A stretch of 64,000 nt of DNA from the human T2T-CHM13v2.0 reference genome, Homo sapiens (GCF_009914755.1 NC_060930.1), one strand, 5' to 3'. Numbered from the stretch's first letter, positions 14,240-28,623 are shown. The notes: a model not told the origin generated them from the sequence alone. Made by a program: numbers and translations.

Positions 14240-14390
14240 GAACTTTATTTGTGCCCTACCATGTGCCAGCTACTATCATCTAATACAACTTCACATACCT
14301 TGTGAGGTAATTACTATCACACTCATTTTATTGATGCAATGCAATGGCTAGAATGGTAAGTATTTTATCAGAGCCCAGATTTTAATCTAA
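14240..14390 (-). mobile_element. MIR fragment
   Basis: tttattgtgccctaccatgtgccag...ccttgtgaggtaattactatcacactcatttta. Confidence 0.65.
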
Positions 14391-16179
14391 TTTTCCTAAT
14401 GATTTCTTTTTAAAATGTTTATTTCCAGAATGTAGCTATCTGTTCATTTATCCTCCTCATTTAAATATCAAAACTTTAAATTCTAAGTTACTGTAAGCAA
14501 TGTTTCTTTATTTTACATTTAAGTATCAGTTACCATATAATTTAATTTGACAGTTTAATACCTCTGAAATCTTTTTTTTTTCTTGATTTGGGTACAAAAT
14601 TTAGTGAAACTTTAAACTTTCTGACTTTAAACCTGAAGTTTTACCTTGATGTGGTTGAAAATTATGCTGACTTTGTTTTCAAAATGGCTCTTAAGTCCTA
14701 CTTCTAAAAAATAACCTTATAATGTTTCTTGGACATTAAACAACTCTCTGACAAAACGACATTTTGATGACTTGAATACAAATGAATCAGAAACATACGG
14801 ATTGAATTTTTCTTGATGTATAAGCAAGTTTGAATAGAAAGAAAAAAAGTCACTGGCAAAATTCATTCTGAGTATTGCCAAACCGAAAATGTCTGAAAAC
14901 ATAGGGCTTTTTAAAAGACATTCTAATGAACCCCAAAATGCTATCTTTGTTTTTCAATCTCTAAATTATTCTATAAACCCAAGTTTGAAAAAAAGAATTA
15001 ATCTACTTGGAAGGCTTAAGCTATATAAAGCATCAAACAACGGAAAATTATAGTGTTTGGGGGGAAAACTCAAGTCTTTAAAGTTAGATTAAATTGCTAT
15101 CTGTGTAATAAACTATGTGCATATGTGTGTAGGAAAAATCATTACTGTAGATTTATTAGCAATGTTAATAAAGACCTAGTATGTCAGTTAATTAATGTAT
15201 CATTATAATGTAGGGAACTAGAAATCTTACAATAATTTAGGACAGATTTAAGCCTACTCATTTGCTATTAAAAACAAAAATAGAATTTATTTTATCATAG
15301 AGGTTTATTAACCACCATGAGAAAGTGCTTGAGAACTTTAAAACCAATTTTGTAAAATTGGATATAACATCTTGTCTGGAATGTCTAAATTTTGCCATTA
15401 AGAAGCGGCAATATATTTTTTCATTTGCTTGCTCATATGTTTGTATTATTTTGCTGAAACAAACATATGGAGCTCTGAGAATTATCTATTCAGCATGAAA
15501 AAATAATAAAATATTCTTGAACTCTCTTGCCAAATACATTGCAGTTCATTTGTCAAATTTCTAAAAAGAGTATTTCATAAACTGACATAATTTCCACAGG
15601 CTCTCTGAGGAATCAAAATGCTACTTTTGATTTCAGCAGCCTTTTGATTCCCAAAATATATTTAGACCTTTTTGGTATTTTTTCTTCACAGGGGCAGGCT
15701 AAACAAAATTTAATAATACACATCACTGACTTTCTCCTTTCCTTATGATTTAAACTATTTAATTTCTGTATTGTGGTTTGCTCTACAAAATTCTGCTCCT
15801 ATGTTACATTAAACTGGTTTAGTTACTAATTCCAAAACTCACAGTTTGGAATGTCTTCTTAAGAGGAACATGTTCAGTGGCAAGTGAACTACAAGACCTT
15901 TTTAATTACAAACTCACTCAATTACCATTCAAGACATTTTCAATACCTACGACCTGCATTGTGCCACGCACTGAGGGTACAAGTGCGAATCAGTGATACA
16001 AGTCCCATGACCTCATGAAACTGACATTCATTCAAACCTGTAATCACAGTGGTGTTACTGTGATTGATTAAAGTAGTAAGTTTAGTTCTTTTTTATGGCT
16101 GACGATCAAGCTACAAGAGAATATTACATTTAATTTAGATTTCATATTCCTTACATGATTTGTTTACAGATCACTTGCC

Positions 16180-16640
16180 TAATAGCATCTGCAATCACAT
16201 TTTACACATGAAAGTTGTTCTAGCCAATCCTGGACTGTTAAATTTTTCCAGAATATACCACGCCATTTTGACATAGTGTGCATTTACTTACTGTTTCTTC
16301 ATCCAGGAATGAATTATCCTGCCCTCACCATCACTTCGCATACTTCCATGACTTCCCTTCCTCTTCATCTGTATTTCTTACGAATCTAACTGCTGACCCA
16401 GTTTCAAGGCCACCGCTACCATGGCTCTTTTGGCTCCATCCCAGGTGTCTTTAGCCATGTATGTTCTGCTTTCCTATGGTGTCTTTGTTGTATCACTATT
16501 TTTCAGTATTAGGGCACTTTGTTATTTCTAAAATTAGCTACCTATATCTGTCTCTTAGGTGATATGCTTTTGTAACCCGCTACCTTGCATGCACAGATAC
16601 TCAATAATTATATGTTGGACAAATGGATAAATGAATAATA
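16180..16640 (+). mobile_element. L2 3' region
   Basis: L2-like body ending gcacagatactcaataattatatgttggacaaatggataaatgaat. Confidence 0.6.
16422..16516 (+). repeat. 95-bp direct repeat, copy 1
   Basis: 90/95 identical to 19110-19204 with no gaps. Confidence 0.97.
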
Positions 16641-17870
16641 GTTTACAAATGAATTTGAAAGCAGACTTTCCTATCATCCTTTCATGATTTTCAACTCCTT
16701 TTGCTTAGAAGAAAACGTTAGGAATATATTACTGAAAATAAAAGATGGTCTGTCTGCTCTGAAGCAATGTCACATTGAGAACACAAGCAGTGGTAATGAG
16801 TGAAGCTGTAATAAGCTGAAGCATCTGGTTATTCATATTTATAAGGAAATGTCACATGTATATTCTCCATGAAGTTGCAGTTAATAAAACTAAGGTGCCC
16901 AGAGAATCAGTTGCTTTCCCAAGGCCCTATCTCTTCCACCTCTGGTTAAAATCTGTTTTAAGTACTGCCTAAAAGCAAAAAGCCAGCTAGCCTAGCATGT
17001 TTAACCATTTGAAAATTCTTCAAATTAGACAATATCAAAGAGATAAGGAAAAGCAACAAAAGGCTGTATATTTCAAACCAAACTCTCAAATATGGAATTT
17101 GGAAACCTTTTAAAGGAGTAAAACATTAGTTTACTCTAGGCTAAAAAATAACATACTAGTAATTTAAAGTAAAATTACCCATGTAATATAAGAGAAAATT
17201 AATCATAGAGAAAGGGAAAGTCAAAATATAGACTAGTTCTCAGAGAGAAAAAGATAAATTGAAAACAACATAGAAGTTAAATTATGGAAATAGTAAAAGA
17301 GAGAACCAATACAAGATAAGAGTGGGGGAAAAAACAAAAAGAGAAACTTTAGAAAGTCCACGTGGAGCAAGAGGGAAGATGGAAATTAAAAGGAAACAGG
17401 CTGATCATATTTCATAGATTTCTTGATTTGTTTAGTTAGACATTTCAAGCATATCCCCAAAGAGGAGAGTGGGAGAAGCACATACCACTAATTTCATTTT
17501 TCTTGTTTGGGCCACATACCAGGGAAGGAACGATTGGCTTACCTCCCCAGTGCCAATTTCCCAGTCACATTTCTGACGATAAATGTACAGTAGCTTAACA
17601 TTGTAAGAATTCTTGGAAGATTATTTAAATTTGTGCTTTACTCAGTCTACATTTATAATGCTTGAACTCTGAGGATCCTTTAATGATAATCGTAAAGCCA
17701 TAATTGTACTCTAACCTATAATCCAGAATATTTGAATTGTTTATGAAAATTCAACATTGTAATTAAAAGCTATGGAAAAATCTGGATTTGAGAGCATAGG
17801 GAAGGTCTGAACCTTTGCCTATAATACTTTCAGTAAGAACTTTCTTTTTCTAGATCAAGATTTGAGACCC

Positions 17871-18211
<341 letters not shown>

Positions 18212-18829
18212 TTAATATATTCAATTTGTGTGTGAACTTCATTCCATATATACAATCTTTGCAGTCACAGCATCGGTAATGGTATTATCCATAGGCTATG
18301 AAACTGGCTGCAGGTAAAACAACGCCATAGTGAAGTCTTAAGCATTTATAGCAATAAATCTCCTTGAAAAAGGTCCAAGACAGACACAGCTTTTACTTAC
18401 CTCTGTGGTTTATTAAACAAGGCTTTTGTGTAACACCGCAATGAAAAATGAGGGAGGTAGACTGTAGGCCTAATGTTTTTCTTGCCTGATTCTGTGACAA
18501 CAAGAAGCAGTGAACCTTAAATAAGATACGTTCTCTTATTAATGATCTTTTTAAAAATTATCCTCCCTGTCCCTGGTGATAACATTTTTAGGGTAGAGAA
18601 TAACAGCACAATGTAGATCTCCATGATGTTTTTTATAAATATTTAAAATTAAATATTAAGTATTTAAAGGTAGGACACCATTAAATTATGTCTTATCCTC
18701 CTATCATGACAAATATAATTTTAAATGACCTGCAAGTCTAGATTTGAGTTTAGAGTGTTTGAACTTTGAGTGATCAAAGGGCAACAAAGATCTGAATATA
18801 TTGGCCTTGGCTTCCTGAGCCTTCTGAGC

Positions 18830-19232
18830 AAATATGCCAGTATCACCATCACCACAGTCTGCAAATTCTGTTCCATGTGTCTGAATTGCCTGCCCCCCAA
18901 CTTCTTCCCCTAATCACATCTTCGTGTTTCAGATTATAGCTCAAATCTAGTCACCATCCTATGTTCACAGATCCATTGAACACCTCAGTGTGCTGTGATA
19001 TGCATTCACTAATACTATTGTGTTATTACTACCTCGTGCATCACTCAAATGCAAGTCTCATAAAGCCATCTGCATTGGCTCACTTTTATATCTCCAGAAT
19101 CTCACCAAGTGGCTCTTTTGGCTCCATCCCAGGTGTCTTTAGCTGTGTATGTTCTGCTTTCCCATGGTGTCTTTGATGTGTCACTATTTTTCAGTATTAG
19201 GGCATATAGTAGGTGCCCAGTAAATACTTGTG
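18830..19232 (+). mobile_element. L2 3' region interrupted by the 95-bp insert
   Basis: cttttatatctccagaatctcaccaag|insert|tatagtaggtgcccagtaaatacttg matches the L2 terminus. Confidence 0.6.
19110..19204 (+). repeat. 95-bp direct repeat, copy 2
   Basis: 90/95 identical to 16422-16516. Confidence 0.97.
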
Positions 19233-19459
19233 AGCATAAGAATTACTTCTGGACCTTCTTAAAAGTGAAGATTTCCCACAGACCCTTCCACAAGTACTTC
19301 TGGAGCAGTAGTCTTTGATCAAACATTGCAATATGTAAAGAACTAACTTGGTATTATTTTTCTGCAGTTTTTTGTGACTCATTCCATCCCCATCTCCTCT
19401 CTCCCACTTTGTATTATTGGTAGCTCCTTTACTTCCCTAGTGTCTTTTTTGATACATAT

Positions 19460-19580
19460 TTATCATTGTTTTAGTCGAGCTTTAAGACATAATTTGCATA
19501 TAGTAATATTTATTCTTATTTGATGTACAGTTCCATAAATTTTTACAAATCGTATAGTTGTGTAACCACCACAACTATAT
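19460..19580 (-). mobile_element. Old L1M 3' end fragment
   Basis: gacataatttgcatatagtaa...gtacagttccataaatttttacaaatcgtatagttgtgtaaccaccaca. Confidence 0.6.
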
Positions 19581-19897
19581 TATTTTGGTATTGTTGTATT
19601 AGAGTAGTGCTACTTACTTACATATACAGGTCTTCAACACTAGACTAAAAATTCCTTGAGAACAGTAGCAGTACCTACGTCTTCTTTACCTCCCACCCCA
19701 GAGCCTGACAATAAATGTATTGGATAAATGTGTTCTGAATTGATTAACTAACTAATATAGTTTTGCACTACCCTATAGAATGCGTTGACTTGGACATCAT
19801 AAATATAAAACATATATTGGTTATATCACATAAAAAACGATAACTCTCAATGTGTCAAACAAGCTTCACAAAAAAATATATAAAATTCAGTGCTTAC

Positions 19898-20046
19898 CAT
19901 CCCCTGTTTCTGCACAGAGCTGTAAGCCCAAATTATTCTGGGGATTAATCACCCAATGATTGCTGGTCACAGTGATATCAAAGACAAGCCAACCCACATC
20001 TAAAGCTTGGGCCTTTCTTGTGTCTAACAAGAACAGATCTGCATCC
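19898..20046 (-). CDS. BMP5: BMP5 exon 3 (149 nt), propeptide
   Basis: Reverse complement reads ctttttag|G GAT GCA...GGG GAT G|gtaagc. Translation (R)[49 protein letters not shown](G) joins exon 2 in frame (AG+G=Arg). Confidence 0.97.
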
Positions 20047-22088
20047 CTAAAAAGAAAAGGAACAACAAAAAAAGTTAAAGGTTTAAATGAACATCATTAT
20101 TTCCTAGACTTAAGTGAAAACATTACAAAAGCAGTTTGTAAAATAACAGCAGTTAGTTAAAGAACAAGAGGAACAAGTGACTCAAGTGATGAGTAATAAG
20201 ATACAAAACCTTTGTTACTAGGCTCCCAACCAAACCTGGTACAAATTAGTAATCTCTATCTGAAAGTAATTTCCATTTTCCTGCTTTTCATTGGCCTTTA
20301 TAAACTGACTTAGTGCTCTTAATTTGATCCCTGGTCATCAGTGTTCCCGGTAACCACCATCTGTAAGTAGTCCTCAAAACAAAGGATTAAACTGAATAGA
20401 GTCAAATGAAAGTAGTTGTTCCAGTTTGGATGAATGTGAATTCTCAAATGAATGGAACACAGGCAGGATGTAATGCAATCATCTGTTTTAGAAGGAGTTT
20501 TCTAATATTTTTTCTATTTTTATTATATAATTATTTTATGGATACCAAACACCAAGAGAGTATTACAGAGTAATACCACTGGTTTAAGGATAAATCCCAT
20601 GAGTTGAGTGGCACAATCTATGAGAACTTTTGTTAATATCTTCTGCAAGCTTAAGTCCCCTTGGGACAGTAATGGCTGTGAATATGAACTTACTTATATA
20701 TTTTAGAATAATCTGCACAGTGTTACTGTTATTAACATTTATGGTTGTATTGCTGAATCTTAATTTTAGCATTATATTTATAAATGTATAAACATTTGTT
20801 GAATTATAATGAATAATTTATTATTCTCTTACTACAGGCAGTTTCTGAGCTAAAATTACCTATTTCTGACATTTAATCTTTACAACAGCTCCTTAGTATT
20901 GAAAACATTCAGGCTCAAATAGGTTAACTGTAAAACACTGTATCTCCCTCAAGATAGAGTAGAAATAACACCATTATGCATTTTATGACCTTTGATATTG
21001 TATTGAATCTATTTAAGAGCATATTATTTATATAGAAAACAATAGAGCTATTCATTGTTTAATATTATTATACTAGGTTAAATATCAACATACTGTGTTA
21101 AATACTATTTTACTGCATTTTCTGTCTGTATACATCATAGAAGTCACTTTAAGGGTGGCTTACAAAATGTGAAAACACATTTTTAATAAATCATACTTTT
21201 TTAATGAAAAATACTCAAATTTAAAAGTGAACCATTTTAACAAAAACAAAGTTAAAAAATGTGTATCTTAGAAACTACATCTTCGTTTCTTAACTAGATT
21301 TTTTTCTATTAATCTAGAGAAATTCAAATAAATGTAATATGATAAGGAAATAATCTAAATATCCTAATACAAACTATGAATGTTTTATTGTCTTTTCACA
21401 ATTACAGTCATAGTGTTTACCAAAGGAAGGATTGAAACGCTTGCTTTTTTCACATCTGATATAGGATTCAGTTTTAGATACTGCAGACTTATAACAAGCA
21501 TATCATACAAAGCAGTAAAATGATTCCTTTAGTTCTCACTAGAATTTGTAGAACCCTTTATAGTCCCAGTGTGATAGCAGGTCAGTTAAATTCTTCCTCT
21601 TCCTCCTAAATTGAAAAATCCTCCAAATAAGCAGACAAGAAAATAAGAATTGTCTTAAAGTTTTGAGATATTTGGTAAATATCTCTGAGACCTTAATCTT
21701 GGAATTAACTCATTTACACTGTTCACTTCTTAAACAGGAGCAGTCACCCTGTACCTTGGGAAATACTTGAGTGCTACACTGATTTCAGGTCTGCTTTCAT
21801 TTGAAATATGGCAAAAATGTCCTAATCAATTCTGCAAGGCTCATAATGTCATCCCTTGGCATGATATTAATAAAGACATGAAAAACAAAAAAGAACAAGG
21901 AGGTAAACTTTCAGAAGCAAAATTAACAAATTTCTTTTGGTAGTCATTTCAATGATATTTTCTATTATTTTTAAATTGTGCCATCTCTTCAGGAAAAAAA
22001 AATTCTCCAAACTCTCCATGTTCAAATCCCAAAACTTTCCAGCATGTCTATGAAGGAGACAGTTCCAGTTTAAATGTATATATATATA

Positions 22089-22409
22089 TTTTTTTCTTAT
22101 GGAATTTGTATTTTTTTTCTTTTTTTTTATTATTATACTTTAAGTTTTAGGGTCCATGTGCACAATGTGCAGGTTAGTTACATATGTATATATGTGCCAT
22201 GCTGGTGCGCTGCACCTACCAACTCGTCATCTAGCATTAGGTATATCTCCCAATGCTATCCCTTCCCCCTCCCCCCACCCCACAACAGTCCCCAGAGTGT
22301 GATGTTCCCCTTCCTGTGCCCATATGTTCTCATTGTTCAATTCTCACCTATGAGTGAGAATATGCGGTGTTTGGTTCTTTGTTCTTGCGATAGTTTACTG
22401 AGAATGATG
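22089..22409 (-). mobile_element. L1PA2-like 3' end (about 300 bp, 5'-truncated)
   Basis: ggtgcgctgcacc...aactcgtcatctagcattaggtatatctcccaatgc carries GAG rather than the L1HS-Ta ACA diagnostic. Flanked by atg(ta)nttt TSD-like sequences. Confidence 0.92.
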
Positions 22410-23119
22410 ATGTATATATTTAGAAAAAGCATCAAGAATGGCCTAAATATCTGAATTTCGGTGATGCAAATTGCAATTCATTGGAAAGTAAATCTGGGAA
22501 GATGAAGTGGTATGGTCTAAAAAGAGCCATATATTTCTAGTTCACCTCTGAAAAGTTATGAAAGTTTAATTGATTTCATAAGTGCACAGTTTTCTATTAA
22601 TGGTCAAAGCTATTTTACTTTTGACTGACAAATTATTTAATTTCTCCTTTCTCCTTTCATATACGAAGCTCTTCTGCATTACCTATAGACAACAGAATAT
22701 GCTTGAGGAGAATCAAGACTATGAGTAATAAACACAGTGGTAATAATTCTGTAATTTTTACTCATATGGCCCCTTTCATAGCAGGTTCTTAAAAACAAGT
22801 CCCCCCCAACCCCATTCTGTAGAATGTTAGAGGGGATTTATTTTGAAGTATAAAATTTCTCCACTAAAATATGGCACTTATACTACCGGGAATAGTAAAA
22901 TATCCTAAGTATTTCCCATGAACAGTATAAAATAAACTTGTTAAAGTTGTCCTGCCTCACCAGTTTTGCTTCACTTTTTAAAAGAAATTCTTACAATATC
23001 CAATAAAAGAACATTTTAAATAGTAATGCATTTAAGAACAGTGCGATAGAGAAAATACATGTATAAAGAAAAAACATATTTATTTGTAGCAAAAATAATT
23101 CCATAAATCCTTTAAATAA

Positions 23120-23527
<408 letters not shown>

Positions 23528-23929
23528 TGTGATTGTTTTCTAAGGCTGTCATAACAAAATACCAGACTAGAGTTTGCAATTGATTTTCTCTCATTTCTGG
23601 AGGCTAGAATTCCAAAATCAAGGTGTCAGCAGGGTCGGTTCTTTCTGAAACCGGAGGAAAAGATCTGTTCCAGGCTCTCTCCTTGGCTTGTAGACTGTTG
23701 TCTTCTCCCTGTATCCCTTCTCATCATCTTTTCTCCTATGCATGTCTTTGTGTCTAAATTTCCTCTTTTCATAAGGACACCAGTCGTATTGGGTTAGGAT
23801 TCATTCTACTGACCTCACTTTAGGTCAACTGCCTTTGCAAAGACCCTATGTCCAAAAAAGGTCACATTCTGAGTTACTGGAGGCTAGGACTTCAACATCG
23901 GGGGAGAGGGCACAATTCAACCCATAATA
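23528..23929 (-). mobile_element. MaLR solo LTR (MLT1B-like)
   Basis: ggctgtcataacaaaatacca...tctggaggctagaattccaaaatcaaggtgtcagcagg...aggtcacattctgag...cacaattcaacccataa. Confidence 0.88.
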
Positions 23930-24689
23930 CTAATACTAATACATAATACTAATAAAGCGGGTTTTTTTAAGGTGGGAATGTAAATATTCCTGGATGTGAA
24001 TAGTCTGTCTTTATTGACAACATAGCACTTATCAAGACTGAGAGGTTTTCAAAAACAAATATGTGAAAGTAAATTTATATTAATAGAAATCATAATGACT
24101 AAAATTTGCATTTTCTTTTTCAGGTAAAATTTCATTGTTCATCTTGATTGTGATATAGATCAGTATAATAATTTCCTCTATGGTTAATAAAGTCATCATG
24201 CTGTTGTTAAATACAGAGTCAGGTTTAACAGATAAAGTTAGATTTGTAGTATCAAATAAGCTTATCAGATATGAAATATTTTGGAATATTAAGTTTAGCT
24301 GCTCAAAGGTGAATAGTAATATATAATATATACATACATTTATTGTCAATACAAATACATTTGAGCAGGTCTGACTCATCATGACCAGAAGTTTAAACAT
24401 GTCTAGTTATACATGGGCTATTGGTATGTTTGTGTATATTTACTTGCATGAGTGCCTTTTATTTTAGTGAAAGAAGAAAGAGTTTTGCATACATACCTTG
24501 AGAATCTTAAAATACCAGAAGGACACTACACTAAAGACTAAACAGCAGGAACCAAAATTCAGCAGAATTTAAGTTACTACCATTAGCATAACTCAACCGA
24601 AGATGCTAATTGGTGGAATGAGAATATAGAAGCTATATAGCTAAGAAATTAATATTTATCATCTTTTTATCAATATCAATCTAGTGCTA

Positions 24690-24860
24690 TAAAGATTTGG
24701 AGATCAGACAGATCTTGAACAATTAAGGAATTCCTCAACCTCAATTTCCCTGTATATTAAAAATGGTATGACAATCCCTGCCTTAAAATGTTTGATCAAG
24801 ACCAAGTGCAATACTTTGAATATCTATCTGGTTAAGAGGTAAATTACACTTAAATCTGCA
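24690..24860 (+). mobile_element. MIR fragment
   Basis: aacctcaatttccctgtatattaaaaatggtatgacaatccctgccttaaaatgtttg. Confidence 0.55.
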
Positions 24861-25141
24861 ATCTTTTATAGGGTCTGCCATAATACAAATGTCTCTAAAT
24901 TGCTTCATTTTGACCTATGAGTTTTGGGAAAGTATTATTTAGAGAAGAACATTACCTTCAAATAACCTCTATCAGTGTTAATTTTGTATTTACAAAAAGG
25001 GGGAAGAAGAAAAAGAGAGGAGCAGAAAGAGGAGAAAAGGAGAAGGAGGAGGTAGAGAAAACAAGGCACAAAAAGTTTAGAAAGTATTTCTGGGAGTGTT
25101 GTTTCAAAACTTCAACTATTGACTGTCTTTAGAAGTTTACC

Positions 25142-25539
25142 TGTGGAGGCCAAAGCAACTCCATCTTGAAAGCTAATCCACTCTATTGGCTTCTGATTAA
25201 CTTCTGTTCTGGGAAGCCCTCTAATATTTTCAGTTTATCTATCTTCCTTGTGTAAGAGCAGGTACTTACGCAAATTCTGCCTTTAGGTCAAACAACCTTT
25301 ATGTTATCATACTTCAATTGTCCTACAGCTCCCTTCTGAACCATCTCTGCTCCCTGGGTGATGGTGTGGGAATCCACCATCTCAACTTGCTGCTGCCCGA
25401 GATACAGACATGGCTTCTGTTCCTAAGTCCCTATTAAATATTTCTTCCAAGGAAACTGGTTTTGTCAGCCTGTCTCTTCAGCCTCTCAGATTCCTGGGAC
25501 TTTGGGGTAGGTTTGCACAGACCTCCCCACAGTGAAACA
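25142..25539 (+). mobile_element. Solo LTR, LTR47A-like (ERVL)
   Basis: TG...CA termini (tgtggaggccaaagcaactccatcttg ... cacagtgaaaca), attaaa polyA signal, 5-bp TSD ttacc/tcacc. Confidence 0.85.
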
Positions 25540-28352
25540 TCACCTTTTTAAAAAGCACTTATATAAGTACCCTTCCCTTATATAAGAATAGAGTTAGAGG
25601 TTGCATTGTGGATATAACATTTATGCATTTAAATAAATGCTAAAAAACAACAACAAACACACATGTATACACACACACACAACCTGTGGATTCCTGCACT
25701 TTCGATAGCATAGTATTTCCAATGACAGTATCATACACAAATATACAAAAATGCTACTTTTCAAACAACATAGATGGATCTGAAGACGATATACTTATTA
25801 ACACTGTGATATATGATTAAAAATGTGATTCTAGTGATAAAGGCATAATGTCAAAGATGCATGAGACAAGTTTGAAGAAAAAGCCATCATATATATGTTT
25901 TGAGAGTGAAACAAGGAATACTATATTAATCATTTCAGACAACATGTGAATTAAAATATGTATGCGAAATATTAACAAACTATTATAGTTTTGTCTATTT
26001 TAAGTGTATTCATTATCTACCTATGCTTATACAAAAAATCAAGTGTATAAACATTCAACTTCTTGCTCTAATTTGTTTGATCTTTTACTTGAGTAAAGGG
26101 AATATCATTTGATATGATTATATTATGATAATGTGTTCTCCTTATAATTCGATATATAAGGGATGTGAACAGGCCTAGTAGCACACCAGGCATGTAGTAT
26201 TGGAAATGTTAACTTCCTCTATTTTTCTAGTCAGCTGAATAAATGGAGTATTCTCATTATAAGACAAAAAAAATTGACCAAGAATGTTTGATGTGAAATC
26301 AATGAGTCTGGGATTTTAACTCTGAAAGTGACCAAAATAAATCACAGAATACTAGAACTGAGTGAGATATAAATTACTTAGCCAAACTATTTTTTCATAA
26401 GGAAATTTAAAGAGAAATCAAATAATTTTCCATGTTCACTTAGCCAATAGGGGGATCAGAACCCAGTTTTCCATTTTCAGAACACTTTCTCTTATAAAAT
26501 ATCAGCTCCCTTTACTCCCAAACCATAACTCAATTGCTTTCCTTATCTTGAAGAAAAGCACTGATATTTGGACTGGACCACTGAAAGGTTGATCTGAGCC
26601 ACTAGCCTAAAACAAGTTGGGTAGAAACAGCTAAGAAGTGACTTTGGCTGTCATTTCACAAATCCATCTATCTATTAATTCATTTATTCACTTTTTCAAT
26701 TTAACGTATTTTCACACTCCATGGTGGTTTTATACTATATCAATTCAACTAAGCTGGAACTACTGTGTATCGTTTGGGATTAGGGTTGGCTGCAAAGGAA
26801 ATTTGGGTAACATTTAGAAGGTGGCAGCGAAGCAGTAGCCATATTTATGCTTAGAAGACTACCTTGTGGTCAAGTGTTATTGCAACTTAGACATATTGTG
26901 GAGATCTGCTGGTTCATCTTATTGGTGTTGAGCATGCAGCTCCTTCAGATCCCACTAATTCTCCCTATTTAGTTCCTCTGAATCTAGGGCAAGGCATCCG
27001 CTTCTAAAGGAAAGGACTTGGCGGCTAGAAAGTCAACTGCATCATTGAAGTTGGAGACTTGGAGGTAGGTTCCACTTTGTCCTCATGGGTTCCAGATTAT
27101 CTTCACAGGTTCTGTTTTGTCCTTGTTTCCCCCAATGCATCTTTCCTTTCTGACTCTGTCCTGTGGACCTTAAGCCCAGCTTCAGATGCAGAGCAACAGA
27201 CTTAAATAGATTGGTTAGCTCTAGGAATGCATAAGGTCAAATCTCTACCATAAATCCTTGCAGAAGCATTTCCCAGGAGGATAAATCTCCACTTTGCTCT
27301 TGGCTAATTATACTGGAACACTTACTTCAGTACTGGAAGGGCAGTACTTCGTTCTCTCTGGAAAGGGTGCTCTGGATATGAATCTGTCTTCTTTGTCCAT
27401 GATGCTTCTCCCCAAAATTACCACACATGAACTTCCAGAATGCCTTATTCACTTATCCATAGAATTCCATACTGCATCGCTTCTGATAAAAAATGGGCTC
27501 ATGCTTACGGAAGTCACCGGTCTTCCCATGCTTCCCATCAAAAGGATGGCCTTTTGAAGACTCAGTTATGCCACAAGTTGGGTACCAATATTTTACAAGA
27601 ATGAACTGATATCCTTCAAGGAAGCTTTATATGATCTAAATCAGTAACCAATATAGCAAGGATGACTGTTTCTCTCATAGCCAGATGTCTCATGGTCTGG
27701 AAATCAAGGGGTGGAAATGGAAGTGGTTCCTCTCAACTCACTATCTATGATTCAACTAGCAAAATCTGTGCTTCTGACTCCCAAGACATTGGGCTATGTT
27801 GGTCCAGAGCTCTTAGTTCCCAATGGTACAATGCTAACTCTAGTGTCCATGGCAATAGTTCTATTAAATTGGAAGTTGAAACAGCTACCCGGCCACTTCG
27901 ACTCCTCATGCCAGTGAATCAAGAAGCCAGTAAGTGGTTACTATACCATGTGAATCAATGATTCTAAATATCAAAGGGAAATTGGACTACTACTACCACA
28001 ATATGAGTAATGAGGAGTATGCATAGAGTACAAGAGATCACCTGGAACACCACTTCGTACTCCCTTGTCATATGACAAAAGTAAATGGAAAATCACAGTT
28101 CATTGCAGGCATTATCGCTAATGGCCCAGACACTTCAACAATAAATATTTGATTTACCTTACTAGATAAGGAAAAGTGACCAGCCATGGTGCTTGTCAAA
28201 ATAAACAGAAAATTGATAGCATAGTAAAAGAAGGAAATTATAAATACCAACTGCAACCATGTGACTAGCTGCAGAAATGAGTATTGTAATATGGTATTTA
28301 TTCCTTATTTTGAAATTAATATATTTATGTTTTTGTATTAAATATATATGTA

Positions 28353-28406
28353 TTTTTGCCATTACTTTTAATGGCAAAAACCACAAGTACTTTTGCACCT
28401 ACCTAA
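28353..28406. mobile_element. MADE1, partial, nested in the ERVL internal region
   Basis: tttttgccattacttttaatggcaaaaaccacaagtacttttgcacctacctaa. Confidence 0.9.
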
Positions 28407-28623
28407 TATATATTAAATAATTCTTTTTTTCCCCTTTTCTTCCCCATCTACCTCCCATCTAGTATAAGCAGTGTTGATAGTAGCTAATCACATATTTCAG
28501 TATTGAAATTACAATACTTCAAAGGGGGAGTATGGCTCAGCTAGAAAAGGAATGAACAACATCCAAAGATGGATTAAAAGGCAGAATTACTTTGCTATTA
28601 CATTTTTTATAAGTTATGAATGG

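Noticed and set aside
16045-16068. 9-bp hairpin aatcacagt/actgtgatt (similar one near 55911-55947)
   Set aside because: Stems of this length are expected by chance in 64 kb.
19375-20184. Two perfect AP-1 sites (TGACTCA at 19375 and 20178) flanking exon 3
   Set aside because: About 8 such heptamers are expected by chance in 64 kb of this composition and I saw about 5, so there is no enrichment.
28353-28406. MADE1 as a miR-548-family precursor
   Set aside because: One outer arm is missing, leaving only a 12-bp stem, too short for Drosha/Dicer processing.
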